Assembly (NCBI GenBank): GCA_004431415.1
Contig: QPMI01000011.1
Span: 41,909 to 105,908 of the forward strand
DNA from: Cyanophora paradoxa CCMP329
Lineage: Eukaryota > Plantae > Glaucophyta
Direction: 5' to 3'
DNA length: 64,000 bases
Of this stretch, positions 39,397 to 49,751 are shown piece after piece. A model generated the notes under the pieces. That model did not search any database and had not been told where the DNA came from. It saw nothing but the letters and a program-made list of their open reading frames with translations. A program made the translations under genes and the position numbers. Each line of letters opens with the position of its first letter. Within the stretch, counting starts at the first letter, position 1.

Positions 39397-41985
39397 ATGA
39401 TCATGAACGCGGAATCGAGCGACGTCGACGGCGACGCATATGGCGCCCCGCGCTGGAACGACGATGCACCTTTCGAGCGCACGCATCACTCTGTATACCA
39501 GGTGCGCTTCCCCCGCGCATTATGACATCCTGATCGGCGCGGCGCCGGCGCCGGCCGCGGCCGCGGGCACGGGCGCGCCACTCGAGCTCCGAATTCGCGC
39601 AAGCCCGTCCTTAATGTGCGCTATCGCAGGGATACAATCTGTTGGTCGCGGCATCTGGCACGAATTCGGGGCCCTCGCGCGACTGGCTGCGCGCTCTCGC
39701 CCTCCTTCGCACTGTCGGCCTCCTCCAGCTCTCCGCGCTCGTTCTCTGGCTCCCTGGCTGCATCTTCTGCGACGACTCGCAGTCGAACATCTTCCTTTTC
39801 TTCCTCCAGCTCCGCCCGCGTTTCGCCTCCTGGGGTGGCTTCCTCGCCCTATTCTGGACGTCAATCGCCCTCCTCGCAGTCCTTATCGTCTGCCTGTTCC
39901 TGTTCTTCTGCAAGCGCAAGACTGGTCACAGTTCGTGCTGCGCCCCGCTGACTGGGCTCTTCTTCCGCTGATCCCCGCGCCGGCGCCGGCGATTTGCGCG
40001 CGCAGAGACCTTGACGGCCGCCGTGCGCTGGTGGGTCGCGCTGCTGCTCGTGCTGGAGGCGCCCGCGCTGCTCGGCAGCTTTGGGCCCGCCATCGCGTGC
40101 CGCGGGGGCGCGCTGGAGGAGTTCCCGTCCGTCGACTGCCTGTCGCACAAGCATCTCGTGATCGCAGTCTTTGCGATCGCGGCCGTCGTCGCCGTCGCGT
40201 GCCTCTCCGCGGCGCCAGTGCTGCTCTTCGACCCGCGGCCCTCCGCGCACGCCGCCCTCGCCCGCTCCACGCCGCGCCCCGACCTCGCCCTCGCCGCCGT
40301 CAAGACCTTCCTCCTCCTCCTCGCCCTCGTGCCCCCTTGTCCTCCCCCTTTCTCCCCCCTTCTCGCGCACTCACGCCGCGCGCTCTCCCGCAGTTCTCTC
40401 GGGACCGGGGCGCCCTCCGGGGCGGCTTTCAGGTCGCCGGCGCCGCCCTCTACGCGGTGGTCTTCTACAGATGGTGCCGCCCCGGCCCCTGCGTCCGCGG
40501 CCGCCCGCCCTGCGCGCGCCCCGGCCTCTCGACCTCGCCTGCGCAGGCTGCCGCCGCTGCGGACGGGGGCTCTGCTGTGGGAAGCGTACCTCTCCCTGCT
40601 GCCCCTCCCCTGCGCGGCGCTGGGCTCCGCCTTCTGCGCCGCGCCGGGCTGCGCCGCCCCCGCCGCCTTCTGGCCCGCCCTCGCCGGCGTCGTCGTCCTG
40701 ACCGCGCCCGCCTCCGCGCTCCTCGTCCGCGCCCGCGCGGCGGCGGCGGCGGCGGCGGCGCGCAGCGAGCGCCTCTCTTTCCTCTGCGGCGACGCCTGCC
40801 ACGACGTGGCCACCCGCATGGCGCTCGCAGAAGAGCCGGACCACTCCGCCGCCAGCCGCTCCCTCGCCGCGCGCCTGGCGCCCCTCGGCCTCGGGGCGCG
40901 CCCCCGGGACGGGCCGCCGGCGCCCCCGCTCGCCGCCGCCCTGGAGTTCGCTCGGGCGGCCTGCGAGCGGCGCCCGCGCTCGGCGTTCCTGCACGCCCGC
41001 CTCGCAGCGGACCTCTACGATGTGCCCGCCCTGGCCCCCCTCTCCATGGTCCGGCCCTTGTGTCCCCGCGCGCCCCCCGCCTCTCCCTTTGCTTACGCTC
41101 GGGTCCAGGCCATGGCCCGCAAAGCCCGTCGGGTGCGGGGCGCGCGCCTATAGCTAGCCTCAGGCGGGCGGTTGCGCCGCGCGCGCCCCCTCCAAGTCCC
41201 TTAGGCGCCGCCGCAGATGCCCGCCGGCTTCGCAACCTCTTACCAGGCGCGTGCGCGCGTCCCGTGCGCCTGCCGTTGCGTTGGCTCACTCACGCCGGGC
41301 GCTCAGGCGTTCTTCCTTGAGCACCAGCGGGCTGTGGAGCGGGAGGAGTGGGGGGAAGAGGGCCACGACGTCACCGAGTGCGCCCCGGCCCCTTTAGCTC
41401 CAGCGTCCGATCGCGAGCCGCTGAGCGGCGGCCGCGCCGACCCCGCAGGCTGCTGGCCGCCATCGGGCAGGAGGAGCGGAGCGCCTCCCTCCGCGCAGCC
41501 GCCTTCTGGACCGTCGTCCGCACCGCGGAGCGCACTGCCGACAAAGGTGCGCATGTGTGCACGCGCGCGCGCCATTCTTCTCGGGAGCTGCTCTTCTTTC
41601 CCACGCGGCGGACATGCGCAGACGCGCGGGCCGGGCAGCGCACCGAGCTCTCCGTGCGCGCTCTGGCGGCCGAGGAGTCCAAGCAGCGCGCCCTCCGGTG
41701 CCCCCTCTGCCATCCGGCCCTAGGCCTCCGCCCCCCGGCCCGACTCGACCGACCGCGCCGCAGGATGTACGGGCAGCTGCTGCAGACGCACCCGCACTCG
41801 GTCCGCGTGCTCCGCCGCTTCGCCGCCTTCCAGGCCGCCCACCTCTTCGGTGCTTTCGAACGCTGGGGTCCGAGCTTGCAATTAAAGGGCGGCTCGCGCA
41901 CACGCAGACATCGAAGGGGCGATTCGGACGGAGGAGCAGGCTGACCAGCTCGTCGAGCAGCACCGTGTCGACCGCCTGCACGCCG
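39397..41985 (+). CDS. TmcB/TmcC-like multi-TM + TPR-like protein, 5' part; interrupted in an intron by the viral element
   Basis: N-terminal TM exons, then ALEFARAACERRPRSAFLHARLA, MYGQLLQTHPHSVRVLRRFAAFQ and DIEGAIRTEEQADQLVE, resembling the Y..LL..YP.S..VLR.YA.F / AD.LEE repeat of Tmc-type proteins. No stop before the donor GTGCGC at ~41985. Confidence 0.55.
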
Positions 41986-42042
41986 TGCGCGCCCCCGGCC
42001 GCGGCCCGGCCTCGCCCCGCCCCGCCCGGTCCGGATCCGGTG

Positions 42043-42313
42043 AGTAAAATGCGGAGTTTTAACCCTCGGCTTATCTTAATTGATTTTGTTGATATATCTC
42101 GTATATTCTATTTCAATCAATCGATAATCTGTGTATATCTTATCGAATATTCAATTATTTCGATTATTTTGTATTCTTTTCGATATTTTATCTTAAATTT
42201 CTCTTATTTTCCGATTAGTCTTACTGAGTCTATCGATAATCTGTATATATTTCCGAATAATATAACTGAATCTCAATTAGATCTTGCCTCTGGTTAAAAC
42301 TCCGCATTTTACT
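42043..42313. repeat. Terminal 271-bp quasi-palindrome with perfect 22-bp inverted arms
   Basis: AGTAAAATGCGGAGTTTTAACC (42043-42064) is the exact reverse complement of GGTTAAAACTCCGCATTTTACT (42292-42313); inner patches pair on the same diagonal. Confidence 0.95.
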
Positions 42314-42571
42314 ATGTGTGATTGGTCTAAAAGTTAATTGATTTAATCGATATTATATTCATGTACTTTCTCGATTAAATTTAATTAAATTTAATTCATT
42401 TAATCGGAAATATATCGCTAAACTCGATTAAGATCCATAAAAGATTCATTTGTTAAATAAAACAAATCGATCTCTTATTGAATTCAATCGTAATTATACA
42501 TGAAATTGATATGTTATTATCATGTTTTAATGATTCTAAGGGGGGACCCTTAGGATTTTTGAAATAATTGG

Positions 42572-43032
42572 GTGTGACAGGTGTGACAGGTCTATCCCAA
42601 ACTTTTGATAGTTCATTTTTATGTTATAGAAAAGTTTGGGATAGACCTGTCACACCTGTCACACAAACCATATTCAGTAAGGATCTCTTTTAATGTTAAA
42701 ATTTCAGTGTTAGTTGGTGTAGTTGATTCACAAAATGCATCCTGTCACACCTGTCACACAAACCATATTCAGTAAGGATCTCTTTTATAATGAAAAACTC
42801 AGTAACAATAAGTAAGAAGTTTATCTATGTAATTCTACTTGAATAAACAAATGAAATAATCGAGTGTGACAGGTGTGACAGGTCCATCCCAAACTTTTGA
42901 GAGTTCATTTTTATGCTATAGAAAAGTTTGGGATAGACCTGTCACACCTGTCACACAAACCATATTCAGTAAGGACCTCATATATTGTGAAAATCTCAGT
43001 GTTAGTTGGTGTAGTTGATTCAAAAAATGCAT
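42572..43032. repeat. Iteron palindromes: 35-bp arms (GTGTGACAG)2-GTCTATCCCAAACTTTT around a 23-nt AT loop; full copies 42572-42664 and 42864-42956, half copy 42741-42759
   Basis: Arms 42572-42606 and 42630-42664 are perfectly complementary; the flanking AAACCATATTCAGTAAGGA is repeated three times. Confidence 0.95.
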
Positions 43033-43067
43033 TTATACTCTGATTCATTGTTATTTCCTGTGAAATT

Positions 43068-43496
43068 TGAGTCAACTCAACCCACTTAGTCAACCCTCCC
43101 ATTGAATTCGTAACAAAATCCATATACTTTTACTACTTTTACGATTAATATGAGTCAACCTTGAGTCCACTTAAATATAAATATAATATAATAGGGGGAA
43201 TGAAGGGGAGATGCTTATAAACATATGATTTATTGAGCCTATGATACTTACATAGTCACGCTGGTCTCGTTAAGAGGATTCCGAATCTGGTTTTATCTTT
43301 GTAAGATGATGCGTTGGTGAAGAGATACATGCATTTTAGTGTTTTGTGTGGGATTTCATGTTATGACGTCATAATGACGATGCATATGTATATGATATAT
43401 ATGACATACCACGTGACTCGGGAGATCATGACGATCACGGCGATATGTTCATTGTCGTGATGTATATGTATATATATGCGGTGCAATCTGATTGGC
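43068..43496. promoter_or_regulatory. Cluster of canonical eukaryotic TF motifs (AP-1 x2, CRE, E/G-box, inverted CCAAT)
   Basis: TGAGTCA at 43068 and 43151; TTATGACGTCATAA 43361-43374; CACGTG 43410-43415; CTGATTGGC 43488-43496. Function inferred only. Confidence 0.4.
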
Positions 43497-43502
43497 GGAT
43501 TG

Positions 43503-43625
43503 ATAATTCGTGGTAGAAACCACTAGCTTAATTATAATTCGTGGTAGAAACCACTAACTTAATTATAATTTGTGGTAGAAACCACTAGCTTAATTATAAT
43601 TCGTGGTAGAAACCACTAACTTAAT
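43503..43625. repeat. 4 x 31-bp tandem repeat, each unit with a GTGGT-AGAA-ACCAC mini-hairpin
   Basis: ATAATT(C/T)GTGGTAGAAACCACTA(G/A)CTTAATT read directly four times. Confidence 0.95.
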
Positions 43626-43643
43626 AACAAAGAGATTTAAACT

Positions 43644-43727
43644 GTTATTTTATAGGTTATTTTATAGGTTATTTTATATGTTATTTTATATGTTATTTTA
43701 TATGTTATTTAATATGTTATTTAATAT
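43644..43727. repeat. 7 x 12-bp tandem repeat GTTATTT(T/A)ATA(G/T)
   Basis: Read directly; the unit changes stepwise along the array. Confidence 0.9.
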
Positions 43728-43974
43728 GTTATGGATAATGTTGGGGGTATAGTGTATCTGTTATGGATAATGTTGATAAGTTTCGTCGAAGTTTCGGTAT
43801 TTCGATTGTCGGCATCTTCAAACGCTCGTATTTCATTACCAGATTACGAACTCGCAACGTTCTGCATAGCGTTGTGAAGCGCTTGATAAGCTCTACAAGA
43901 CTATGTGTATATCATGGGCATATATGTATATGACACATACATATATTTGGAAAAACGAGTTTTCGGCTATGAAA

Positions 43975-45360
43975 CTAGCTAGTTTTGGTCCTTTCTCTTA
44001 GTGTTCTTTGAGGTTTAGGGGCTGTATATGACTCCTTATTAGTCTGAAAGTCATTATACCATCTCTGGCTATTTACCTCAGAAAGTTTCTGTGTCCCTGC
44101 TATAGTGAGCTTTTTGAGTTCCCTATTAACCTTGCCAGTCTTCTCCTTTCTAGCCTGTATCAAAGGCTTATCTGGGACTTCATTAGCAGCTTCTATGCCT
44201 TCTCTCCTTATAGCAGCATCAACCCTGGCTTCCTCCTTGGCTTGCTCTAAGGCATCCACTGTAGGGGTTTCTAGATATTCAACTGCATTCACAGGCAACA
44301 GCTCATGGAAAGCAAACCTGTTATCTATGATCTCACCAGTGGGACTCCTTAGCTTAAACTTAAAGCCTTCCCTACTATCAACAGTGTAAACCATCCTAGA
44401 CCAATTGTTACCCTGTTTAGCAAAGGGGTTCTTCTCAACTTTCACTCTAACAAACATGCCAGGCTGCATGGTATCAAGATAAGCTATTGATTTCTTAAAT
44501 CTCTCATCTTCTAATCCCACTATATACCTATAATGCTCCTCTGTAGTTTCGCCTGGTTTCATCTTAGTAGCTGAGTGGACTGTATTATTGTAATTATACT
44601 CAATATCACCTAACACATCAAAGAATCTAGCTGTGTTATTAGCTATGCAGTAGTTTGTGATCAGTCTCTTAATCTGCTTGTTAAAGGCTTCAATTCGACC
44701 TTGGCTTCTGTGGTCTGCAGTTCCACTCACTTGGTGTTCTATGTATTTACTAGATAAATACTCCTGGAATATTCGATTTTGGAACTCACTCCCAGCATCT
44801 GATTGAACCTTTACTATGGGTCTTGCTACTCTCATCTCAAGCTGTTTAAATGCAGCCAATGTAGTGAGAGCTGATTTATCCCTTATAGGTATGATATACC
44901 CAGTTCTCAGTGTTGATTCCATTGCAGTCATAAATGTATCATAGCCATTGTTTTGTTTCTTATAAGCTGGGAAAAAGAGCAAATCAATCACATAGGTATC
45001 AAGGGGTTGCCTAATTGGGACCATGGGATCTCTCTTCCTAGATATAGCAGGTGCATTGATCTGAACTACCTCTTGCTTTTTATAGAACTCTTGCAACTGC
45101 TTATAGGATTCATCTGGTAACTCAGCCCTCATAGCTTGAAGCCCTTTGTAACCAGTTCTCACATCATAGAATCTCTTGGCAATCTTGCTGGTTTCTTTCA
45201 CTGCAATTGCAACTGGAATCTCTACTGGGACAAGTTCTTTCATCTCTGATTTTTTAACAATTCGAGATTCTCCCTTTTCCTCCTTTGGAACTGTGATAGG
45301 CAGTAGGTTACCTTGCAGTTGCTCAGTGGTTCTCCTAACTATTCTTCCAGTTGCTGGCAT
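43975..45360 (-). CDS. Retroviral-type (rve, DDE) integrase, Polinton type; intact
   Basis: YVIDL (D), VQSDAGSEF (D), GRIEAFNKQIK (E), YNNTVHSATKMKP, and C-terminal GMFVRV...NWSRMVYTV; 461 aa uninterrupted. Confidence 0.95.
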   Translation of the reverse strand: MPATGRIVRRTTEQLQGNLLPITVPKEEKGESRIVKKSEMKELVPVEIPVAIAVKETSKIAKRFYDVRTGYKGLQAMRAELPDESYKQLQEFYKKQEVVQINAPAISRKRDPMVPIRQPLDTYVIDLLFFPAYKKQNNGYDTFMTAMESTLRTGYIIPIRDKSALTTLAAFKQLEMRVARPIVKVQSDAGSEFQNRIFQEYLSSKYIEHQVSGTADHRSQGRIEAFNKQIKRLITNYCIANNTARFFDVLGDIEYNYNNTVHSATKMKPGETTEEHYRYIVGLEDERFKKSIAYLDTMQPGMFVRVKVEKNPFAKQGNNWSRMVYTVDSREGFKFKLRSPTGEIIDNRFAFHELLPVNAVEYLETPTVDALEQAKEEARVDAAIRREGIEAANEVPDKPLIQARKEKTGKVNRELKKLTIAGTQKLSEVNSQRWYNDFQTNKESYTAPKPQRTLRERTKTS

Positions 45361-45363
45361 CTC

Positions 45364-48300
45364 TTAATTAAAAGGAACAGAATTAATACCATCTGGTAAG
45401 ATGTATCTCTTTGCATCAAAGCAGTTCAGGGCAACCCTTCTACTCACAGTGTCTATTATTGTGTGATCTGCCCTTCTCTTCTGCTTGGCAGTCACAGTCT
45501 TGCTTATACCTGCAAATAAACACTGCTTAAAATCATTAAATTGGAGTTCCTCAGTTGAAGTCCCAGAGAGCTTACTTCTCTCAATCTCAGCAGTTCTGAA
45601 ACTGTAAACTTTGGCTCTCAGACCCACATATTCCAATATAGCAGAACCTGGCATCTCATTTTTGTATGATCTGCCCTTCTCTTCTGCTTGGCAGTCACAG
45701 TCTTGCTTATACCTGCAAATAAACACTGCTTAAAATCATTAAATTGGAGTTCCTCAGTTGAAGTCCCAGAGAGCTTACTTCTCTCAATCTCAGCAGTTCT
45801 GAAACTGTAAACTTTGGCTCTCAGACCCACATATTCCAATATAGCAGAACCTGGCATCTCATTTTTGTATTTACCTGGGGTCATTCTGTTAGATCCCCCT
45901 AGGTCCAAGGCATAAGATATATTCTCTATATCTTTTTGTAGGGTCTTAGATTCGATATATAGACAAAAGGAGTCAGTATCATGGAATAGTAACTTTGCTT
46001 TTGTCCATTGGGACCTTACAGTATCATAGAAGAACTTGTAGTTATGCAGTTTGGCTGCATCCAGAACATAAGCCCCAATAGCAACTGGCTTATCTAGCTT
46101 CACATGCTTTGTGTAAAACTCAAAGGCAACTGCTTTTTCGTTTATGGGACTTGTTGATTTCACCAATGGGGAGGCTGCATATTTCATAAACAGTTTCTCA
46201 CTGTTTGCAATCTTAACCACAGATCTACCTCTGCAAGATTCAATGCATTTCCCATAGATTGAGTTATTCATGAGTTTATAGAAATCAGCCTCGAATTTAT
46301 TCACTGCTTTCCTTCTCATCTCAGTATTCAGCTCAATGTAGGGTTTCATTACAGGAGCCACAGTAAATGATAGGACCCTGTGAACCTTCTTTAGTTTCAC
46401 CCCTTTGTCCAACAGATACTGTAGAAGAGGCTCAGAAATCACATAGTTGGTCACAGAACCAAAGGTTGCAGTTAGCTTAGGGGTCTTATCAAGCTCTTCT
46501 CCTGAGAGATCTAATAGGCTCTTTTGATATTGTGATAATTCTGCATATTCTACTATTTTCTTGTTAATAATTAGGGGGAAATCACTGTGGTCTAGATATA
46601 GCCTAATTGGGTAATCCAGATCAACTTCCAGGAAACTGGATCTGTTATCTTGTGGGTTGAATTCGGTCTCCCATCTAAAATCACCAACTGGGATTGGCTG
46701 ACTCAAACAGTAGCCATACAAGTTGTTAGCATCAAACAGCATTATATGGGAGTTCTCACCATCAGCCTCAGCATACCTACAAGGCATTGTTGCAAAGCCA
46801 CCCCTGATTCCCCTCTCAACAAATTCGTATTGCTCTACATCACTTATAAGCTCTATTTTTGCCTTGGTGGTCCTAAGCATAGCATCCCAAGATAACCCAG
46901 GTGCAGATACATAATGAACTGGGTCCAATCCATATACTGAGTGTGAAAGCCTTCTGAAAGCCTGGAATTTGCTCATTAACTCATCTACATCAGCAGCCCC
47001 AAAGTCCATAAAATTACTTGCATCAATGAACTTGTAAAGACCCCATTGCAATGAAAGGTATTGATCAAAGTTTTTCGAAAGGATTTCGATTCGCTTTTTA
47101 TCACCCATGCCTGCTATTTTTCTGAAAATGAATGTCCCACAGTCATCCATTTGGTCAACAACCACTGCTACTTTTGTTTGCTTTGAGATTCTCCTATGGA
47201 GATTGCAGTTTCTGCATGCAGGTGCAATGTAATTACCTGTGTGGTGATCATGATCCTGCATTTGAAGTTTTCCTTGGTGAACCTCTCACTGCAAAGGTAA
47301 CAGTGTTTGGTAGCTCTGTAAATAGCCTTTTGCTCATCTGTGAGTTCATTCATGGGAATATTGGTGAACAGGAAATCGATTAGCTCTCTTGCTTTGGACT
47401 CCAAGCATTCAAACAGACCTCCCATTGGATCCTGACCCTCAAATCGAAACTCCTGAACATCTGCCCCAGTGACTATTCTAATGTTGACTGCTGAGACTTC
47501 CCTCTTGGATTTCGATGCATCAATGGGGATGCTTCTATGTTCAATCTTGCAGTAAACCACAACAGGAAGCCAGACAGTTTTCCTGAGGTTTTTCAGTCCA
47601 AACTCTATTGTGGTGTCAGGCTTAGGGGTGATTCCCTTTGAGAGTCTCCAATCAATGCATCTGTTTGAGTCCACATGAGCAGTCAGTTTAGCCTCAGACC
47701 TGAATCGAGATAAGCATGTATCACAGTAGTGTAACTTTTGATCCTTGGTTTTATCAAGGGCAACTCTGAGAAGTCTTGAAAGGGACATGATTGTAATATA
47801 GTGACCATTCCCTTCATCATCATGAATGAGCATTAGATTAATCTTTTGCTTTCTGCCTGGGTTGCTGGATTGATGTAGGGGATATATAACATCTCGATCC
47901 ATTCCAAATATGTTTATGCTGATGCCTCCATTTTGAGATTCGAATTTATCAATGATTTCAGCATCACAGGCAACAGGGAATGAGATGTTATCGAAATTGA
48001 GAGCCAGAGGATTGTATATGGTCGGTGAGTATTTCCATTTGCGATATTGTGTAAGCTCACTTCTCTTGTGGGAATTTACATCTTTCCTATGGATCCATGC
48101 CAAAATGGCATTTTCAAAGCAAGAATCATCAATATTTCGAATATTCACTGTAGCTCTCTTGGCTGCAATTGATTCTGGTGTTTTAACATAGCAGCCACCA
48201 GTTGGGGCATAACTCATAATAGCAACTCTTAGCATTTCGATTCTCTCCAATCGATAGCTATCAACAACATTCATCTGTTCCTGACACATTTGGGCTGCTT

Positions 48301-48811
48301 TATTCAGCTCAGTTCGAATATTTCTCGATTTGGTTAATACAAAATAATCGCTGTAAATGTATTTCGATATCCAAACCTGCGGATTGCTGACTTTAACGAA
48401 CTTGCAGATAAACGACAAGCGAACTTTGATTGCCCTGAATTGATCCAGACTATCTCTTAAACGTTTTGGTAGAGAGGTTGCAATTCTATCTAAATATTCA
48501 ATCACATCTACCACAACTTCCCTTCTGGCTCTGTATGTGAGCCAGCGATATAATTCATTCATGGCTGTTCCATCTTCTGCCTCTGGTTCTATTTGCCTCA
48601 GGCGATCGAGTTCATCAAGAGTCTCAACTTTATCATAGAGGTTATTGGCTTTTCTGGTTAATTTGGACAAAGTGGGTCTCCCCCTTGAAATAAATCCGAT
48701 TTCCCGGTCATATTCAGCCTCTGTGATTTCATGGGCTGCATACAGTGTTCCCAGTAATCCCATGAGTTCCCATTTCTTCTCTTTAATGAGTCTGTTGCTA
48801 ATTCGGGGCAT
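45364..48811 (-). CDS. Protein-primed-type family B DNA polymerase with N-terminal TP/vOTU-like region and EndoVII insert; split by a 1-nt deletion (~47255) and a 203-bp 3' duplication
   Basis: Polymerase motifs DANNLYG, KLMNNSIYGK, HDTDS, GKYKNE, GLRAKVYS and FDAKRY; LDPVHYVSAPGLSWDAML; CYLC...DHDHHTG...CRNCN; NIRNIDDSCF...GHY. Likely start MPRISNR at 48811. Confidence 0.92.
45464..45870. repeat. Perfect tandem duplication, period 203 bp, in the pPolB 3' end
   Basis: TGATCTGCCCTTCTC starts at 45464 and 45667; the peptide YKNEMPGSAILE...RRADHT appears in both ORF pieces. Confidence 0.95.
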
Positions 48812-48909
48812 TGTTCCTAACTTGTTCCTACTAAAAGGGGAGGTTTTAAATGGGGATAGTCCAAACGCGAAAATACTATATTGTATATATATAGAAGCAA
48901 AATAGCAAA

Positions 48910-49228
48910 AATGAATCCGGAAAGTCAAAGAACGCTAGAAATTTCAGCAATCCTGAGAAACATTAGAGAAAGGAATGCAACCTGTGAAAACGCAGAGTAT
49001 AAACGAATTCTATGCAGTTTATGTAAATGTGATGAGACAAGCTATGATCAGTTTGTGTGTGATCAATGCTTTACGACAGTCTGTATAGGGTGTATGAAAC
49101 AGCAAGAGGAAATAGTCGGGAATACAAAATGCCCATTCTGTAGAAACACATTACAGTATCCAGAGTTCACCTTGTTCAACATTCTGGACTACAATGCATG
49201 TGATGTGGAAACAATTACATTTGGCTGA
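48910..49228 (+). CDS. Small RING-finger (all-Cys C4C4-like) protein, putative E3 ligase
   Basis: CSLC-x11-CDQC-x4-CIGC-x12-CPFCR; ATG at about 48910. Confidence 0.7.
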
Positions 49229-49284
49229 GCAACAAAAAATGATTTAAAGAATTCTCTATATATATTAAGAGAGACAGAGGAAAA

Positions 49285-49539
49285 ATGCCACTCAGTGAAG
49301 CCCAGAAGAGAGCTATGAAGAGATACCAGCAAACTGAAAAAGGTAAGGCTCAAATCAAAAAGTTTAACGAAAAAATAGCCACACAGCTAAGAGATCTATA
49401 TCAAACCGATGATACCTATAGAGCAATGAAAATAGCAAGTTCATGTCAGCGAAAGTATGCAGCCAATGCAGTCTGCTTTGTCAAGTATTTGTATGATGTC
49501 CCTTACTCAAACAGAGGGAGAAAATCGAAACATGTCTAA
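49285..49539 (+). CDS. Small basic hypothetical viral protein
   Basis: MPLSEAQKRAMKRYQQTEKGK; preceded by an AT-rich promoter-like motif shared with the next gene. Confidence 0.6.
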   Translation: MPLSEAQKRAMKRYQQTEKGKAQIKKFNEKIATQLRDLYQTDDTYRAMKIASSCQRKYAANAVCFVKYLYDVPYSNRGRKSKHV

Positions 49540-49751
49540 ATTATTTTTCCCAGCATATTACTAGGCTGGGGATATGCTGTGTATTCGCTGAAATACCCAT
49601 TCATCCTTTTTGTATCTAAACCACTCGATATATCATGTGGATAAATTTCGTAGGGATACTTTCTCGATTTCCAACAAAAAATGATTGGGGGACCCAAAAC
49701 TACTTAAAGAAAAATCTTCTATATATATAAAAGGGACCCCGATCGCTGAAA

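Noticed and set aside
7242-41320. Numerous long Arg/Pro/Gly/Ala-rich ORFs (e.g. 39440..41320, 10940..12067, 25904..27064)
   Set aside because: Shadow or antisense frames caused by stop-codon scarcity at very high GC; the real genes are spliced in other frames.
41557-42297. 246-aa ORF spanning the host-virus junction
   Set aside because: Chimeric read-through of GC-rich intron into T-rich terminal DNA; no coding signature.
42043-42313. Independent MITE with 22-bp TIRs
   Set aside because: No target-site duplication (left CCGGTG, right ATGTGT), it sits exactly at the viral boundary with the Polinton-type AGT end, and pairing extends into the interior. Not fully excluded.
42911-43123. 70-aa ORF in the terminal repeats
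   Set aside because: Runs through the iteron palindrome; likely incidental.
43503-43625. 31-bp hairpin-containing repeats resembling a CRISPR array
   Set aside because: Units are directly adjacent with no unique spacers, there are no cas genes, and the context is a eukaryotic virus.
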